This document shows, piece after piece, positions 1-9,611 of a stretch of 64,000 nucleotides of DNA (position 1 is the stretch's first letter; every line of letters starts with the position of its first letter). Location of the stretch: positions 1 to 64,000 of IMG/VR virus record IMGVR_UViG_3300046713_000096; one strand, 5' to 3'. The DNA is from a virus. The notes beneath the pieces are model-generated. The model did no database searches, was not told where the DNA came from, and saw nothing but the letters and a program-made list of their open reading frames with translations. Position numbers and translations under genes: made by a program.

Positions 1-269
1 GAGAACATCGTCTTGCCGACACCGTTGTCGCCGACGAACAGAAGCGAATAGCCGCGTCGCAGGGCGCGACGAAGTCGCTTGCGGTAGCGCACCACGACAG
101 CACTGAACACCGCGGTGTTGTACGTGACGTCATCGCCGCGCACGTTCCAAAACGTGCGAGGTATGCACGCCTCGAAGCAAGCCACGCGATAGCCAACGCG
201 GGGATCGTCTTCGCCAAGCTGGTCGATCGTCGCCAGTTCAAACGCCGCACACTCTGCCTCACTTCGCAT
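1..269 (-). CDS. DnaC/IstB-like AAA+ ATPase (helicase loader), N-terminal part, runs off the window edge
   Basis: Translated by hand from ATG at 269: MRSEAECAAF...CIPRTFW...GYSLLFVGDNGVGKTMF. Walker A GxxGxGKT; overlaps the initiator stop codon. Confidence 0.8.
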   Translation of the reverse strand, partial: MRSEAECAAFELATIDQLGEDDPRVGYRVACFEACIPRTFWNVRGDDVTYNTAVFSAVVVRYRKRLRRALRRGYSLLFVGDNGVGKTMF

Positions 270-1755
270 ACAGGTTGCTCGCTGCCCACCGTGACATATC
301 TCGCAAGGCGCCCTTGCCGATGAAAATATCTCGACCCGCTGCCAATCCAAGCGCGTTCTTCTGCACGGTCAGCAGATACCGATCGTCGAGCTGACGCGTG
401 GAAAAACCCGCGCCGTCGAGCCCGGGGCGCAGTCGCGGATCGAGCCGGCCCGTGTCGCTGAAGCTGTTGCCGGCGCTCGGTCGCGGGCTATTCGCCTCTG
501 CGTCCGACGTGCCGATGCGCATGCCACCGGGCGCAGTCTCGTCGAGCACGAGCCCGCACGCGACAGTGTCGATGTTCGCGATGCCCGACAGGAACGCAAG
601 CGATGGAACCTGCATGCCAGCGGCCCGGCGAAAATGTTTGATGTTGGCGTGCCAAAACTGCATGAGCTGCCGCGGCGTGACACCGCGCTGCACGCACTGG
701 ATCGCAGCTGCCGCGGCATATTTTCGTTCCGGGGTGCTCACGTCGTACGTGACCGTTGCTCGCCCGTTCGCTCGCTCTGCCGCGCGACGGTAGCGCGAGT
801 AAAGCCGGCACATCTCGGTTTCGAGTCGCTTCACGAGCGCGACCCGTTCCGGGTCTTTGGACTTGCGCCCGAGCACTTTGCGCATGAGCCGGTGCTTGTC
901 GCTGCGAGGGTCGAACGTCACGAGGTCGAGATCATTCCAATCGAGCACGTCGATGCCCCGGGCGCGGTTGCGTGCGTTCCGAACATCGCGACGCTGGCGC
1001 GTACTACTGCGTAGTACTGATCTTCTCTTCTTCTCTTCTAATTTAATTGATCCAATTAGATCCCTGTAAGCAGCCGTTTTGTCGAAATACGCGTCTTCGG
1101 ATATGAACTTATGGCGAATAACACGCGACGTTGAAGCGCCCATTTTCCCCGGCTTCCTGTTGTTAGAAAACGCGCCGACGCCTATGGCCTGATAGGGGTC
1201 GTCCGAAATCGATTGGTAACTACATGGCGAAACGGGTAACTGATCGACCGAAGTGGGTAACTGCATGGCGTTTTTGGGTAACGACCTGACGCACCCTATA
1301 TCTCCATAGGCATAGGCGGGATCCAGCGACACAGATTTGCCCGCGACCTGTTCTCGAAAATGCATCTCTGAAATCGGCGAGAACAGGAACCGGGCGAATC
1401 TAGTGAAGCTGTGGCCACGCTCAAGAAGTGGCCGGCGCACGATCACGATCACCGTTCGACGCCACGGCCCGTGCGGAATGAACTGCACGAAGCCCTTGCG
1501 TTCGAGCTCGCGCAAGAGCTCGTCGCCCTGTCGCCGCGAGTAGCCGAGCATGAGCGACAGCTTCGCGCGCCCGACGCGCAGCTCGCGCCGCTCGGCCACG
1601 GCCATGCGGATCCAGACTGCGAACGCGCCCCGGGTCAGCTGTCCGTACGCTTCTGCGAGGGCGCACGGGCCCTCGTTTGGGAACAGGGCAGGTGAGGCCT
1701 TCGTGCGCTCGCGCTTGCTCTCAAGAGGCCGGCGCTTGCCTAGACGGCGTCGCAT
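259..1755 (-). CDS. phage replication initiator (N-terminal winged HTH, internal iterons)
   Basis: 498 aa; HTH-like RAKLSLMLGYSRRQGDELLRELERKGFV; phased repeats and an AT-rich tract inside the gene; lies between helicase and DnaC-like gene, as in lambda O-P. Confidence 0.7.
   Translation of the reverse strand: MRRRLGKRRPLESKRERTKASPALFPNEGPCALAEAYGQLTRGAFAVWIRMAVAERRELRVGRAKLSLMLGYSRRQGDELLRELERKGFVQFIPHGPWRRTVIVIVRRPLLERGHSFTRFARFLFSPISEMHFREQVAGKSVSLDPAYAYGDIGCVRSLPKNAMQLPTSVDQLPVSPCSYQSISDDPYQAIGVGAFSNNRKPGKMGASTSRVIRHKFISEDAYFDKTAAYRDLIGSIKLEEKKRRSVLRSSTRQRRDVRNARNRARGIDVLDWNDLDLVTFDPRSDKHRLMRKVLGRKSKDPERVALVKRLETEMCRLYSRYRRAAERANGRATVTYDVSTPERKYAAAAAIQCVQRGVTPRQLMQFWHANIKHFRRAAGMQVPSLAFLSGIANIDTVACGLVLDETAPGGMRIGTSDAEANSPRPSAGNSFSDTGRLDPRLRPGLDGAGFSTRQLDDRYLLTVQKNALGLAAGRDIFIGKGALRDMSRWAASNLYAK
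1001..1291. repeat. putative replication origin: four iterons plus AT-rich tract
   Basis: GGTAAC cores at 1215, 1235, 1256 and 1277 (spacing 20/21/21 bp), consensus about GGGTAACTRNNTGRCG; AT-rich TCTTCTCTTCTTCTCTTCTAATTTAATTGATCCAATTAG at about 1021-1059. Confidence 0.75.
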
Positions 1756-3215
1756 TCGAGCACCTCTGCGCTGAACTCGCCCTCGCTCTTGTAGACCTTC
1801 AGGCGCGCCCGTGAGTGCTTCTCGAACACGCGCGACATGCAGTCGTAGAAGTCGACCATCAGCGGCGCCTTCTTCGAGCCCTCGACCACCGTCAGATTAC
1901 GCTGACGCTGCCAAGTCTGCTTTTCATCCTTGCCGCCTTCGGCGTTCACGACGACCTCGACGTCAGGGATGTCGACGCCCTCACCGAGCACGTTGCCGAC
2001 GAGCACGTGCGGCCCGCGCTTGCTCGTGAAGTCGTCGACGTAATCCATGCGCTGATCGTGCGACGTCTTGCCCGTGAGCACCCGGAACGGTACATCGTTG
2101 CTGTCGAGCATTTCGCAGATCGCGCGGATGTGCGCGTGCTCGCGCGCGATGATGATCGTCTTGCGCGGTGCAAGGTCGCGCACGATGGCTGCGATCATCG
2201 CGTTGCGTCGCTCGTTCTCGGTGATGCAGCGCTTCTTGAGCGTCGCGCTGTAGCTCGCTTCGCGCACGTCGTCGGGCTCGTGTACGCGGTACATCTTGAC
2301 CGACTGTGCGAGCAGGTAACCGGCCTGAATCAGTCGCGACGCTGACACCTCGTAGCGAATCGGCCCGCACGTGCCGCGAAGCCAGATGATGCCGCTCTCT
2401 TGCTCTTTCGTGTTGTCGAAGAACACCGTCGCCGACACGCCGATCTTGAACCGCGCGTCGAGATCGACGAAGACGCGATACCAATCGCCGTCGCCGCGGA
2501 TGTGGTGCGCCTCGTCGAACACGCCCACGTCGAAGCTCTTCATCAGCGATGCGTAGTCAGGGTGCGCAGCGCGGCCCGTCTTCTTCGCCGTCTTGCGCAC
2601 AGGCGACATGCTCGACAGCGACTGAATCGTCGCGACTGTGAAGAACTTCACGTCGTAAACGCCGTCGCCAATCTGCCCGATCTCTGCATCGGGCATGCAC
2701 TCGCGCAGGCTCGCGATCGTCTGATGCAAGAGCCACTTGGACGGCACGACGAAGAGTGATCGACGCCCGATCACGTGCAGCACCTTCGCGACCGTCTTCG
2801 TCTTGCCCGAGCGGATCGGCATCTTCAGCACACCGCGCCCGGGCACTTGGCCACCGAGCAGCGCGCGCACGGCTTCGATCTGGTAGTCGCGCAAGACTAC
2901 GTCTGTGTTCCACGTGATGCGCCGCTCTTCCGAGTTGAAGGCCCGCGCGTGCACGACTTCGTAGTCGACCTTGCGTTTCTTCAGCGCGCGCGCGATGTCT
3001 TCGGCCATGCCAGCGGGCGCGTGATAGCCCCTCGCCTGCGTGAACTTGAAGAGATGCTCTTTGCCATCCCAGCGGCGCGACTTGTAGGCGGGCGAAAACC
3101 AGTAGCCCGCCACGCGATACGAGCAGATTTTGTCGAGCGCGCGCAGCGTCTTCAGGTCGGCCTTGTCGACGCGTACGAACCGGTTCGAGATTGTCAGAGT
3201 GACGGCCACGCGCAC
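1740..3215 (-). CDS. superfamily 2 DEAH-box helicase (UvsW/ResIII-like)
   Basis: LRDYQ, SGKT Walker A, DEAH, SAT and EGVDIP motifs. Confidence 0.9.
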   Translation of the reverse strand: MRVAVTLTISNRFVRVDKADLKTLRALDKICSYRVAGYWFSPAYKSRRWDGKEHLFKFTQARGYHAPAGMAEDIARALKKRKVDYEVVHARAFNSEERRITWNTDVVLRDYQIEAVRALLGGQVPGRGVLKMPIRSGKTKTVAKVLHVIGRRSLFVVPSKWLLHQTIASLRECMPDAEIGQIGDGVYDVKFFTVATIQSLSSMSPVRKTAKKTGRAAHPDYASLMKSFDVGVFDEAHHIRGDGDWYRVFVDLDARFKIGVSATVFFDNTKEQESGIIWLRGTCGPIRYEVSASRLIQAGYLLAQSVKMYRVHEPDDVREASYSATLKKRCITENERRNAMIAAIVRDLAPRKTIIIAREHAHIRAICEMLDSNDVPFRVLTGKTSHDQRMDYVDDFTSKRGPHVLVGNVLGEGVDIPDVEVVVNAEGGKDEKQTWQRQRNLTVVEGSKKAPLMVDFYDCMSRVFEKHSRARLKVYKSEGEFSAEVLECDAV

Positions 3216-3269
3216 TAGGTACCTATGCCCTCGCGTGCCCGCGCGTGATCGCCCGCCCCCGTGTGCGCA

Positions 3270-3767
3270 CTAGTGCGCGATGGCAATACCTGCGAGCGCC
3301 CCTGCAGCGGCGCCTACGGCCAGCCACACGATCGGCGAGCGCCACCATCGCCCGAGCTCGGCCCGCGCCTCGGTGGCGTCTGCAGTGGCCGCACTGGCCT
3401 CTTTCTCGCTCGCGACCACAGCGGCCGTCAGCTTGCCGTTCGCGGCCCGCTCAGCGTCGAGCGCGCCCCGAAGCGCCGTAACCTCGCTGGCGCGCGCGAC
3501 TTCCATTTTCCTGTAGGTTTCCAGCTGCAGTGTAAGCTCAACACCCAGCTTGACCGACCTCAAGAGCTCTTGGCCTTCGGCCAGCCTGAACCACGTGCCG
3601 CCGACGCCCCTGAACTTCATCGCGACGCACGTGCTCGTCGGCAGTGCGTTCGCCTCGGTGTCGCACGCGCGCGCCCGTGGCGCGCCCACAGCGAGCGCAA
3701 CGGCCACGAGCGCGCAGGTCGCCAGCCTACAAGCCAGCGTCCGAAAACAACTTTGCGATCTCTTCAT
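3270..3767 (-). CDS. spanin-like envelope protein (signal-like N-terminus, coiled coil, C-terminal TM)
   Basis: Hydrophobic N-terminus before ARAC, Ala/Glu-rich coiled coil, WWRSPIVWLAVG C-terminal TM; last gene of the lysis cassette; start uncertain. Confidence 0.45.
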   Translation of the reverse strand: MKRSQSCFRTLACRLATCALVAVALAVGAPRARACDTEANALPTSTCVAMKFRGVGGTWFRLAEGQELLRSVKLGVELTLQLETYRKMEVARASEVTALRGALDAERAANGKLTAAVVASEKEASAATADATEARAELGRWWRSPIVWLAVGAAAGALAGIAIAH

Positions 3768-4101
3768 CGGACGCCCCATCAGGTAACGGCTTAGCAGAAG
3801 CGAGCTCGACCGCACGCCGCTTGCTTTCCGTGATCTGTAGCTGAAGCTGCTTTACTTCGTCGCCGTGCACGTTTGCCTGCGCGGTCAAAATCTCGGCTTG
3901 CGCCTCGTCGCGCGCGACCGACGCCTTGATCTTCTGAACTTCGAGCGCGCCCTTCAGCGTCGAAACCTGATTCGTCTTCGAGCGCACCATCAGCACGGCC
4001 CCGGCGAGGGCGCCGATCGCGCCCGCGAGCGCAGCGGGGTGCGACCACAGCCACGCCCCGAAGCGCTTCAGCGCGGCCCAAGCGCCAGCGAGCCAGGTCA
4101 C
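3727..4101 (-). CDS. i-spanin-like membrane protein
   Basis: Single N-terminal TM followed by coiled coil; directly after the holin-like gene. Confidence 0.5.
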   Translation of the reverse strand: MTWLAGAWAALKRFGAWLWSHPAALAGAIGALAGAVLMVRSKTNQVSTLKGALEVQKIKASVARDEAQAEILTAQANVHGDEVKQLQLQITESKRRAVELASAKPLPDGASDEEIAKLFSDAGL

Positions 4102-4520
4102 GAATCGCCCTTCGGCGTCGCGCCTGCACCTGCAGGGGGTGGAACCTGCAGGGGTGGGGGTGGCAGTGTCTCAGCAAGCACGATGCCGCGCGACGTCATG
4201 AAGTGCTTGAATGCCGCGAACGTCCAGGCCGCCATGGCACCCGCGACGAAGTGATACAACGCGCGCGCAAGCCAGGTGTCATCAATGCCCGGCGATACTG
4301 GCATGCCGATCGCGCCCGCGAGCGCGCCCACGACAGGCGCGTGCAGCCCAAGCGACGAGTGCATGAAGGCCCAAAAGCCGCCCTTCTTCACGGCCCTGTC
4401 GAGCGTCCACACCTGTTTTTTGAAGAACTGCCCCACGATGCCAAGCGCGAACGACATGAACACGAACGGCCAGTGTGGCAATACGTATTGCTGCAAGAGC
4501 CCGAAGAAACCTTCGTCCAT
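4098..4520 (-). CDS. putative holin
   Basis: 140 aa with about 3 hydrophobic segments, immediately after the tail fibre gene. Confidence 0.55.
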   Translation of the reverse strand: MDEGFFGLLQQYVLPHWPFVFMSFALGIVGQFFKKQVWTLDRAVKKGGFWAFMHSSLGLHAPVVGALAGAIGMPVSPGIDDTWLARALYHFVAGAMAAWTFAAFKHFMTSRGIVLAETLPPPPLQVPPPAGAGATPKGDS

Positions 4521-4537
4521 TTCAGATCCTCACTTTC

Positions 4538-6685
4538 TTACACGCCGTGAATCGTGTTCGGTCGGAACGGCGAGCCGGTCAAAATGACCGCGTCGCCCGC
4601 TGCATTCTGGCCGAAGACATGCAAGGTCCCCTTGACGTTCACCCCGCCAGCCGGCACGCAGTCGACGATGTGAAAGATGTTTTGGTAGCCGCTGACGTTG
4701 TTCATCGGCGTCTGCGCCACATCTTCTGCAACGATCGCGCTGAAAAGCGTGCCGTTGCTGTAGAAATACGCGACCTGCCTGTCGAGCAACGCGAGCCGAA
4801 AGCCACTTGCGGGAATGACGCCCGTGAGCTTTGTCGATTGATGCGTCCAGGTGATCCCGTCGTCCGAATGCGACAAGCCAAGGTCGCCACCGAGCGTGTT
4901 GCGAAGGGCCACGAATCCGAAGCGCGCTGAATACTGCAGCATCCTCGACAGGTAGGTCGTCGACGCGACCGTGCCCGACGCCCGCGCCGTCCAGGTGATG
5001 CCGTCGGGGCTCGTCATGACCTTGCCCGAGGCCGTCATCACGACAAACAAGGTCCCGTTTGTCTCGATCGCGAGATAGTTCTCGGTGGTCATGCCGACAG
5101 CGCCCGTGCGCTGCGTCCAGGCCGTCAGGTTCGTCGACGTCCACACGTCGCCACTGTCGCCGACCGCGCAATAGGTGCCGCCCTTGTAGGCGACGTCGCG
5201 CAAGATGTTTCCGCCGTTGAGCCGACGCGTCATCGCGCCGCTGATATACGACTGAATCTCGCCCGCGTTGCCGACAAGCGCGAACCCAATCGCGCCATAC
5301 GCGACCGCATTGAAGCCGGCACTGAAGGCCGCGTCCGGCGTCACTGAAAGCCACTGCTGCCCGGGCGTGAATCTGGCGATCGTGTTCGTGTCGCCGACCG
5401 CGAGCATTTGCACGATGTAGTCGTTCGGATCGTCGCCGTTGAAGTGCGTCGCGATGTCTCTGAACGCGCCGCCGCCGACGTCGGTGTAAACGACTTCCAA
5501 GCTGCGAATGGCTTCGAACTCGCTGCGTCGTTCGTTGAAGACAGCCGTTTCATTGAGACTCGTCTGCAGGGCCGCGAGCTGCAGCACGAGCGAGCTCGAC
5601 CCCATCGCGTAGGGGCTGCCCCCGGCGAGGTCCACGCCGTAGATCTTGCCTGTGCCGCCTGCACCGGTAGTCGACGTCAGATCCGTAACCAGCTTCGCAA
5701 GCTGCAGCCGCAACTGTGTTGCGGGGTTCGTTGTGCCGTCCGCCCATGCGGGCAAGTCGTCGGACGTCAGATCCGTGATGATCTTTTCGAGCGAAGCTTG
5801 CACCGTGCCGCCCGGATTGGTCGTGCCGTCGGCCCAATCGGGCAACGGACTGACCGTCACGAAATCAGCCGATTGCGACTGAATGATCTGCTGCCCCGTG
5901 ATGTCGAACGTTACCGGTGTGCCAGCGTTGCCGAGCACGGTGCCGAGGAAGAAGACGCTTTCGGGCAGCTGCGACGGTCGATTCGACGCCCCGTTTGCGA
6001 GCACGGTCAGGCCAATCAGTTGCACGAGGTATGCGCTCGCAGTGGCTGATGCCGACGTCTGCCCGAGCAGGCCCGTCGTGGTGATCTTGTTGTGGCCGCC
6101 GCTGTAGAACACGGTACACGTCTCGATCGCAACGGCTTCAGACGTCGCCGCGTCGCCTGGCACAGACAGAAAGACGCGCACCTGTCGCCCCGCATGGTTG
6201 CCCGGGGTGATGCCTTGCTCGAACAGACTGTCGACCACAAAAGTCAGCGTCGAAGCGCCGACCGCCACGCTGTCAGGGGTGGCCGCGACGCCGATCCCTT
6301 CTCGCATGTGGTCGTATTCGAACTTGCCGGTGCGTGGGTTCGTGCGGATCCCGACGGGATATTCGATATACGCGGCGCCGACCTCGTACGTCTGACCGTT
6401 CACGTTGGGGAAGTACGCCACTCGGTCGATCTCTTCGAGGTCGAGAAGGCGGCCGCTGCCGTCGTGCGCCATGCCATCGAGCTCGGTAGGTTTCAGATCG
6501 GCCCTTACCCTTCCGGCACCGGGGCTTGACAGCGGCAGCCGCTCTAAGAACGCGCCCTGAATGAACAGGCGCTTGACGGCTTGGCTCGTGCGGTCGCTAA
6601 GATACTTCAGCGTCCACAGGTCGAAGTCGCGCACGCCCAAAAGCTTCTTGTCGGTCACGAGGGCGAAGTCTGATCCGGTCGGCAT
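4538..6685 (-). CDS. tail fibre/receptor-binding protein with C-terminal beta-propeller (BNR-like)
   Basis: 715 aa; repeated AVGD..G and S.DG.TWT blades; internal 30-aa tandem repeat LP.WADGTTNP. Confidence 0.75.
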   Translation of the reverse strand: MPTGSDFALVTDKKLLGVRDFDLWTLKYLSDRTSQAVKRLFIQGAFLERLPLSSPGAGRVRADLKPTELDGMAHDGSGRLLDLEEIDRVAYFPNVNGQTYEVGAAYIEYPVGIRTNPRTGKFEYDHMREGIGVAATPDSVAVGASTLTFVVDSLFEQGITPGNHAGRQVRVFLSVPGDAATSEAVAIETCTVFYSGGHNKITTTGLLGQTSASATASAYLVQLIGLTVLANGASNRPSQLPESVFFLGTVLGNAGTPVTFDITGQQIIQSQSADFVTVSPLPDWADGTTNPGGTVQASLEKIITDLTSDDLPAWADGTTNPATQLRLQLAKLVTDLTSTTGAGGTGKIYGVDLAGGSPYAMGSSSLVLQLAALQTSLNETAVFNERRSEFEAIRSLEVVYTDVGGGAFRDIATHFNGDDPNDYIVQMLAVGDTNTIARFTPGQQWLSVTPDAAFSAGFNAVAYGAIGFALVGNAGEIQSYISGAMTRRLNGGNILRDVAYKGGTYCAVGDSGDVWTSTNLTAWTQRTGAVGMTTENYLAIETNGTLFVVMTASGKVMTSPDGITWTARASGTVASTTYLSRMLQYSARFGFVALRNTLGGDLGLSHSDDGITWTHQSTKLTGVIPASGFRLALLDRQVAYFYSNGTLFSAIVAEDVAQTPMNNVSGYQNIFHIVDCVPAGGVNVKGTLHVFGQNAAGDAVILTGSPFRPNTIHGV

Positions 6686-6720
6686 GGCAAAATCCCCTTA
6701 TCGGCTAGCAGGGCTTAGGC

Positions 6721-7983
6721 CTAGCTAGCGCCTTGAATGTCGATGAAGTCTTCTTCGAGCGGCAGAAAGAACATTTCCACCTCGCGAACCTCGATCGCGT
6801 TCGATACGAAGCCGCCCAAAAAACCGAATGTGCCCTGCGCAAAAGTACTGTCGAGCACGCTCAGCATGAAATTGCCGTTCAGCCAGGCAGTGATCCTCGT
6901 CTGGCCGTTCTCTTCCACTGCCTGCACACGCAACGTATGCGCCTGCGCATCGTCGGTGAACCACACGTCAGGACCGATCGCGACCTCGGGATAGTCCGGC
7001 GCATAGGTCATCGCCACACCGAGCAGCGTCGGCACGCCAGCGACCAACACGTAGATCGCAACCTGCCCGGATTGATACGACACGAAGTAGCTATCGGTGT
7101 CGCTTTGTCGGTACACCTGAAACACCATGCCAGCCGCCTTGAACGTGACGCTGACGCAGTAGTTTTGCCACGCACTCGACGCGCTCGGATTCGCATGGAC
7201 CGTGTCGCTCGCCCCGTTCAGAAACATCGACCCGTCGTGCACGGCTGGCGAGGGCCCGCTTTCGGTCCATTGGCTCGCGTCGTCGTCGACCGTGAACAGG
7301 TCGAGAAACCCGAGGTAGCTGATCGTGATGCGCTCGCCACCGGGCCGCGTCAGCTTCACGAGGTTACGCACGAGCCGGCGATTGAGCGTGCCGTCGTCGA
7401 CGATGCGCACGTTCATTTGATTCTCGGGATGCTCGGACGTGCCCGGTAGTTCGAGCATCCATGAATCGAACCCCTCGTGCGTCTCGCCGACGCTCGTCTC
7501 GTCCGCGATATAGCGCAAGTCGAACCAGTCCAGCACCCGCGTGCGTGCCGCCGTGGTCAACTGAAGGATCTCGCCCAAAGCATCTTCCGTGCCCCGAACT
7601 TTCCAGAAGGGCACGCTCGTCGCGATGAGCCGGCGCAGTGTCGCCGCGTCGAGATCGTCTGTGATGAAGTCGAGCTCGCTTGTCCACCCCACGATCCATT
7701 TCAAAAACGGCAAGAAGCGGTCGGCGCATTTCGTGATCGACCACATGTCAGGCAGCGATCGAATCGAAGCGTCGATCCCTGCCCACACGCTTTGCGGCCC
7801 ATTGAGAAAGCGCTCGACGAAGCGATCGCCGTCGACTTGATCTGCCTCGCGAATGCCTTCGATCAGAAACGGATAGATGCGCAGCGAGAGTTGTCGCCGC
7901 GGTTCCGACGGCAGCACGAATCCGATCATCGGGCTCGAAGCCGAATGAAACGGATTGCCGGCGAGGTCTTGAATGGTGCTCAT
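6721..7983 (-). CDS. baseplate wedge protein (P2 gpI-like) with C-terminal lectin-like domain
   Basis: FLPFLKWIVGW...RRLI...WKVRGT N-terminal motif of tail protein I; beta-rich C-terminus. Confidence 0.7.
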   Translation of the reverse strand: MSTIQDLAGNPFHSASSPMIGFVLPSEPRRQLSLRIYPFLIEGIREADQVDGDRFVERFLNGPQSVWAGIDASIRSLPDMWSITKCADRFLPFLKWIVGWTSELDFITDDLDAATLRRLIATSVPFWKVRGTEDALGEILQLTTAARTRVLDWFDLRYIADETSVGETHEGFDSWMLELPGTSEHPENQMNVRIVDDGTLNRRLVRNLVKLTRPGGERITISYLGFLDLFTVDDDASQWTESGPSPAVHDGSMFLNGASDTVHANPSASSAWQNYCVSVTFKAAGMVFQVYRQSDTDSYFVSYQSGQVAIYVLVAGVPTLLGVAMTYAPDYPEVAIGPDVWFTDDAQAHTLRVQAVEENGQTRITAWLNGNFMLSVLDSTFAQGTFGFLGGFVSNAIEVREVEMFFLPLEEDFIDIQGAS

Positions 7984-8786
7984 GCAGCCACCCCGAATTG
8001 CTTGCGAGCATACATGTCATGCTCGCCCAAGAGCTCATCCGGCACGCACTTGTCGTCGATCCACATTTCGTAGAAGCGACCGGTGAAGTACGCGCCCCCG
8101 GTTGCGCTGCTAAAAAGCGTCAGGGGGAAGCCCGGATCCCCGGTGTTGTATGCTGTCACCGCGTCGCCCTGACGCACCATATATCGGCTTGTCGTGTCGC
8201 CATTGACCCGAAGCGCCATCATGCGTTCGTAGGGCTTCGAGAAGGTGTTTTGCGGATTCAAAAGACCGCGATGAACGCCGACGACGCTCATGATGTTCGT
8301 GTTGGGGCGCCGATCTTCTACACAGAGCACGTTGCCCGCCGCGCTGTTGTTGATCAACACCCAGGGACCCCACACCGTCGCGCTCGTCCAGCCAAAAAGA
8401 AACCACGCCTGCGTCACGGCACCGCCGCCCGTTCCGCAAATCGCAAGATACTGTGATCCGCTAGGCGCACTTGGATAGTGATAGATGGCTGCCCACGTCC
8501 ACTTGGATCCGTCGGTCAGGAACTTCCAATTCGTCGCCGCGCCAGCCTGATACAAGTGCGACGTCCCGTTCGGCTGCGCATAGACATTGCCGTTGCCGTC
8601 GGTCGCCAGCGGACATCGCAAGCTGGCGTTCGCTTGCGCAAAGGGCATCCCGCCGACGCGCCCGCTGTCATTGAACTGCGAGACGTTCGAAGAGCCATCG
8701 AGAACGACGTCGCTCGCACGCCAGCGATGACGAGGGTTGATGTTCTTCGCTACGTCGAAACACGCACGTCTTGGCAGATAGCTCAT
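7980..8786 (-). CDS. LamG/ConA-like tail-associated protein, paralog A
   Basis: 268 aa; RWRASD, YFTGRFYEMWIDD motifs; close paralog of the upstream gene. Confidence 0.6.
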   Translation of the reverse strand: MSYLPRRACFDVAKNINPRHRWRASDVVLDGSSNVSQFNDSGRVGGMPFAQANASLRCPLATDGNGNVYAQPNGTSHLYQAGAATNWKFLTDGSKWTWAAIYHYPSAPSGSQYLAICGTGGGAVTQAWFLFGWTSATVWGPWVLINNSAAGNVLCVEDRRPNTNIMSVVGVHRGLLNPQNTFSKPYERMMALRVNGDTTSRYMVRQGDAVTAYNTGDPGFPLTLFSSATGGAYFTGRFYEMWIDDKCVPDELLGEHDMYARKQFGVAA

Positions 8787-8801
8787 AAAGGGACCCCTTT
8801 C

Positions 8802-9611
8802 TTACGCAGCCGCCTTGAGCACGCTTCGGGCGTACAGATCGTGCTCGCCCAAGAGCTCGTCCGACACGCACTTGTCGTCGATCCACATTTCGTAGAGGCG
8901 CCCGCCGAAGTAGCTGCCCGGCGTTGCGGTGCTGAAAAGCGTCAAGGGGAAGCCAGGATCGCCCGAGCTGTAGTTATTCAACAAGCTATCGGCCTGTCGA
9001 AACAAATACTGACTCGTAGTGTCGCCATTATTCCGCAGCGCCAGCTGATGCCCGTAAGGCTTCACGAAGGTGTTTTGCGCAAGGATATAGCCGCGATGAA
9101 CGCCGACGACGCACGAGATGCTTGTGTTTGGACGCTGATCCTCGATCGAGATCACGTTGCCGCCGCCACTACTGTTGATCAGCAGCCAAGGGCCCCACAC
9201 CGTCGAGCTCACGCGGTTGATTACAAACCACGCCTGCGTCACGGCACCGCCGCCCGTTCCGCAAATCGCAAGATACTGCGATGCGCTAGGCGCACTCGGC
9301 ATGTGGTAGATGGCCGCCCACGTCCACTTTGACCCGTCGGTCAGAAACTTCCAATTCGCCGCCACGCCAGCCTGATAGGTATGCGACGTCCCGTTCGGCT
9401 GCGCATAGACGTTGCCGTTGCCATCAGTCGCCAGCGGACATCGCAGACTCGCGCTCGCTTGGGTGAATGGCATTCCGCCGACGCGCCCGCTGTCATTGAA
9501 CTGCGAGACGTTCGAAGAGCCATCGAGAACGACGTCACTCGCGCGCCAGCGATGACGAGGGTTGATGCTCTTCTGAACGTCGAAGCGGCCGACCTTAGTG
9601 AGATAGGTCAT
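8802..9611 (-). CDS. LamG/ConA-like tail-associated protein, paralog B
   Basis: Start reassigned to ATG 9611 (MTYLTKVGRF), which overlaps the upstream stop (ATGA); aligns end to end with 7980-8786. Confidence 0.6.
   Translation of the reverse strand: MTYLTKVGRFDVQKSINPRHRWRASDVVLDGSSNVSQFNDSGRVGGMPFTQASASLRCPLATDGNGNVYAQPNGTSHTYQAGVAANWKFLTDGSKWTWAAIYHMPSAPSASQYLAICGTGGGAVTQAWFVINRVSSTVWGPWLLINSSGGGNVISIEDQRPNTSISCVVGVHRGYILAQNTFVKPYGHQLALRNNGDTTSQYLFRQADSLLNNYSSGDPGFPLTLFSTATPGSYFGGRLYEMWIDDKCVSDELLGEHDLYARSVLKAAA

Noticed and set aside
7980-9611. Diversity-generating retroelement TR/VR pair
   Set aside because: Both copies are full genes, the differences are not adenine-specific and are often synonymous, and no reverse transcriptase is in the window.
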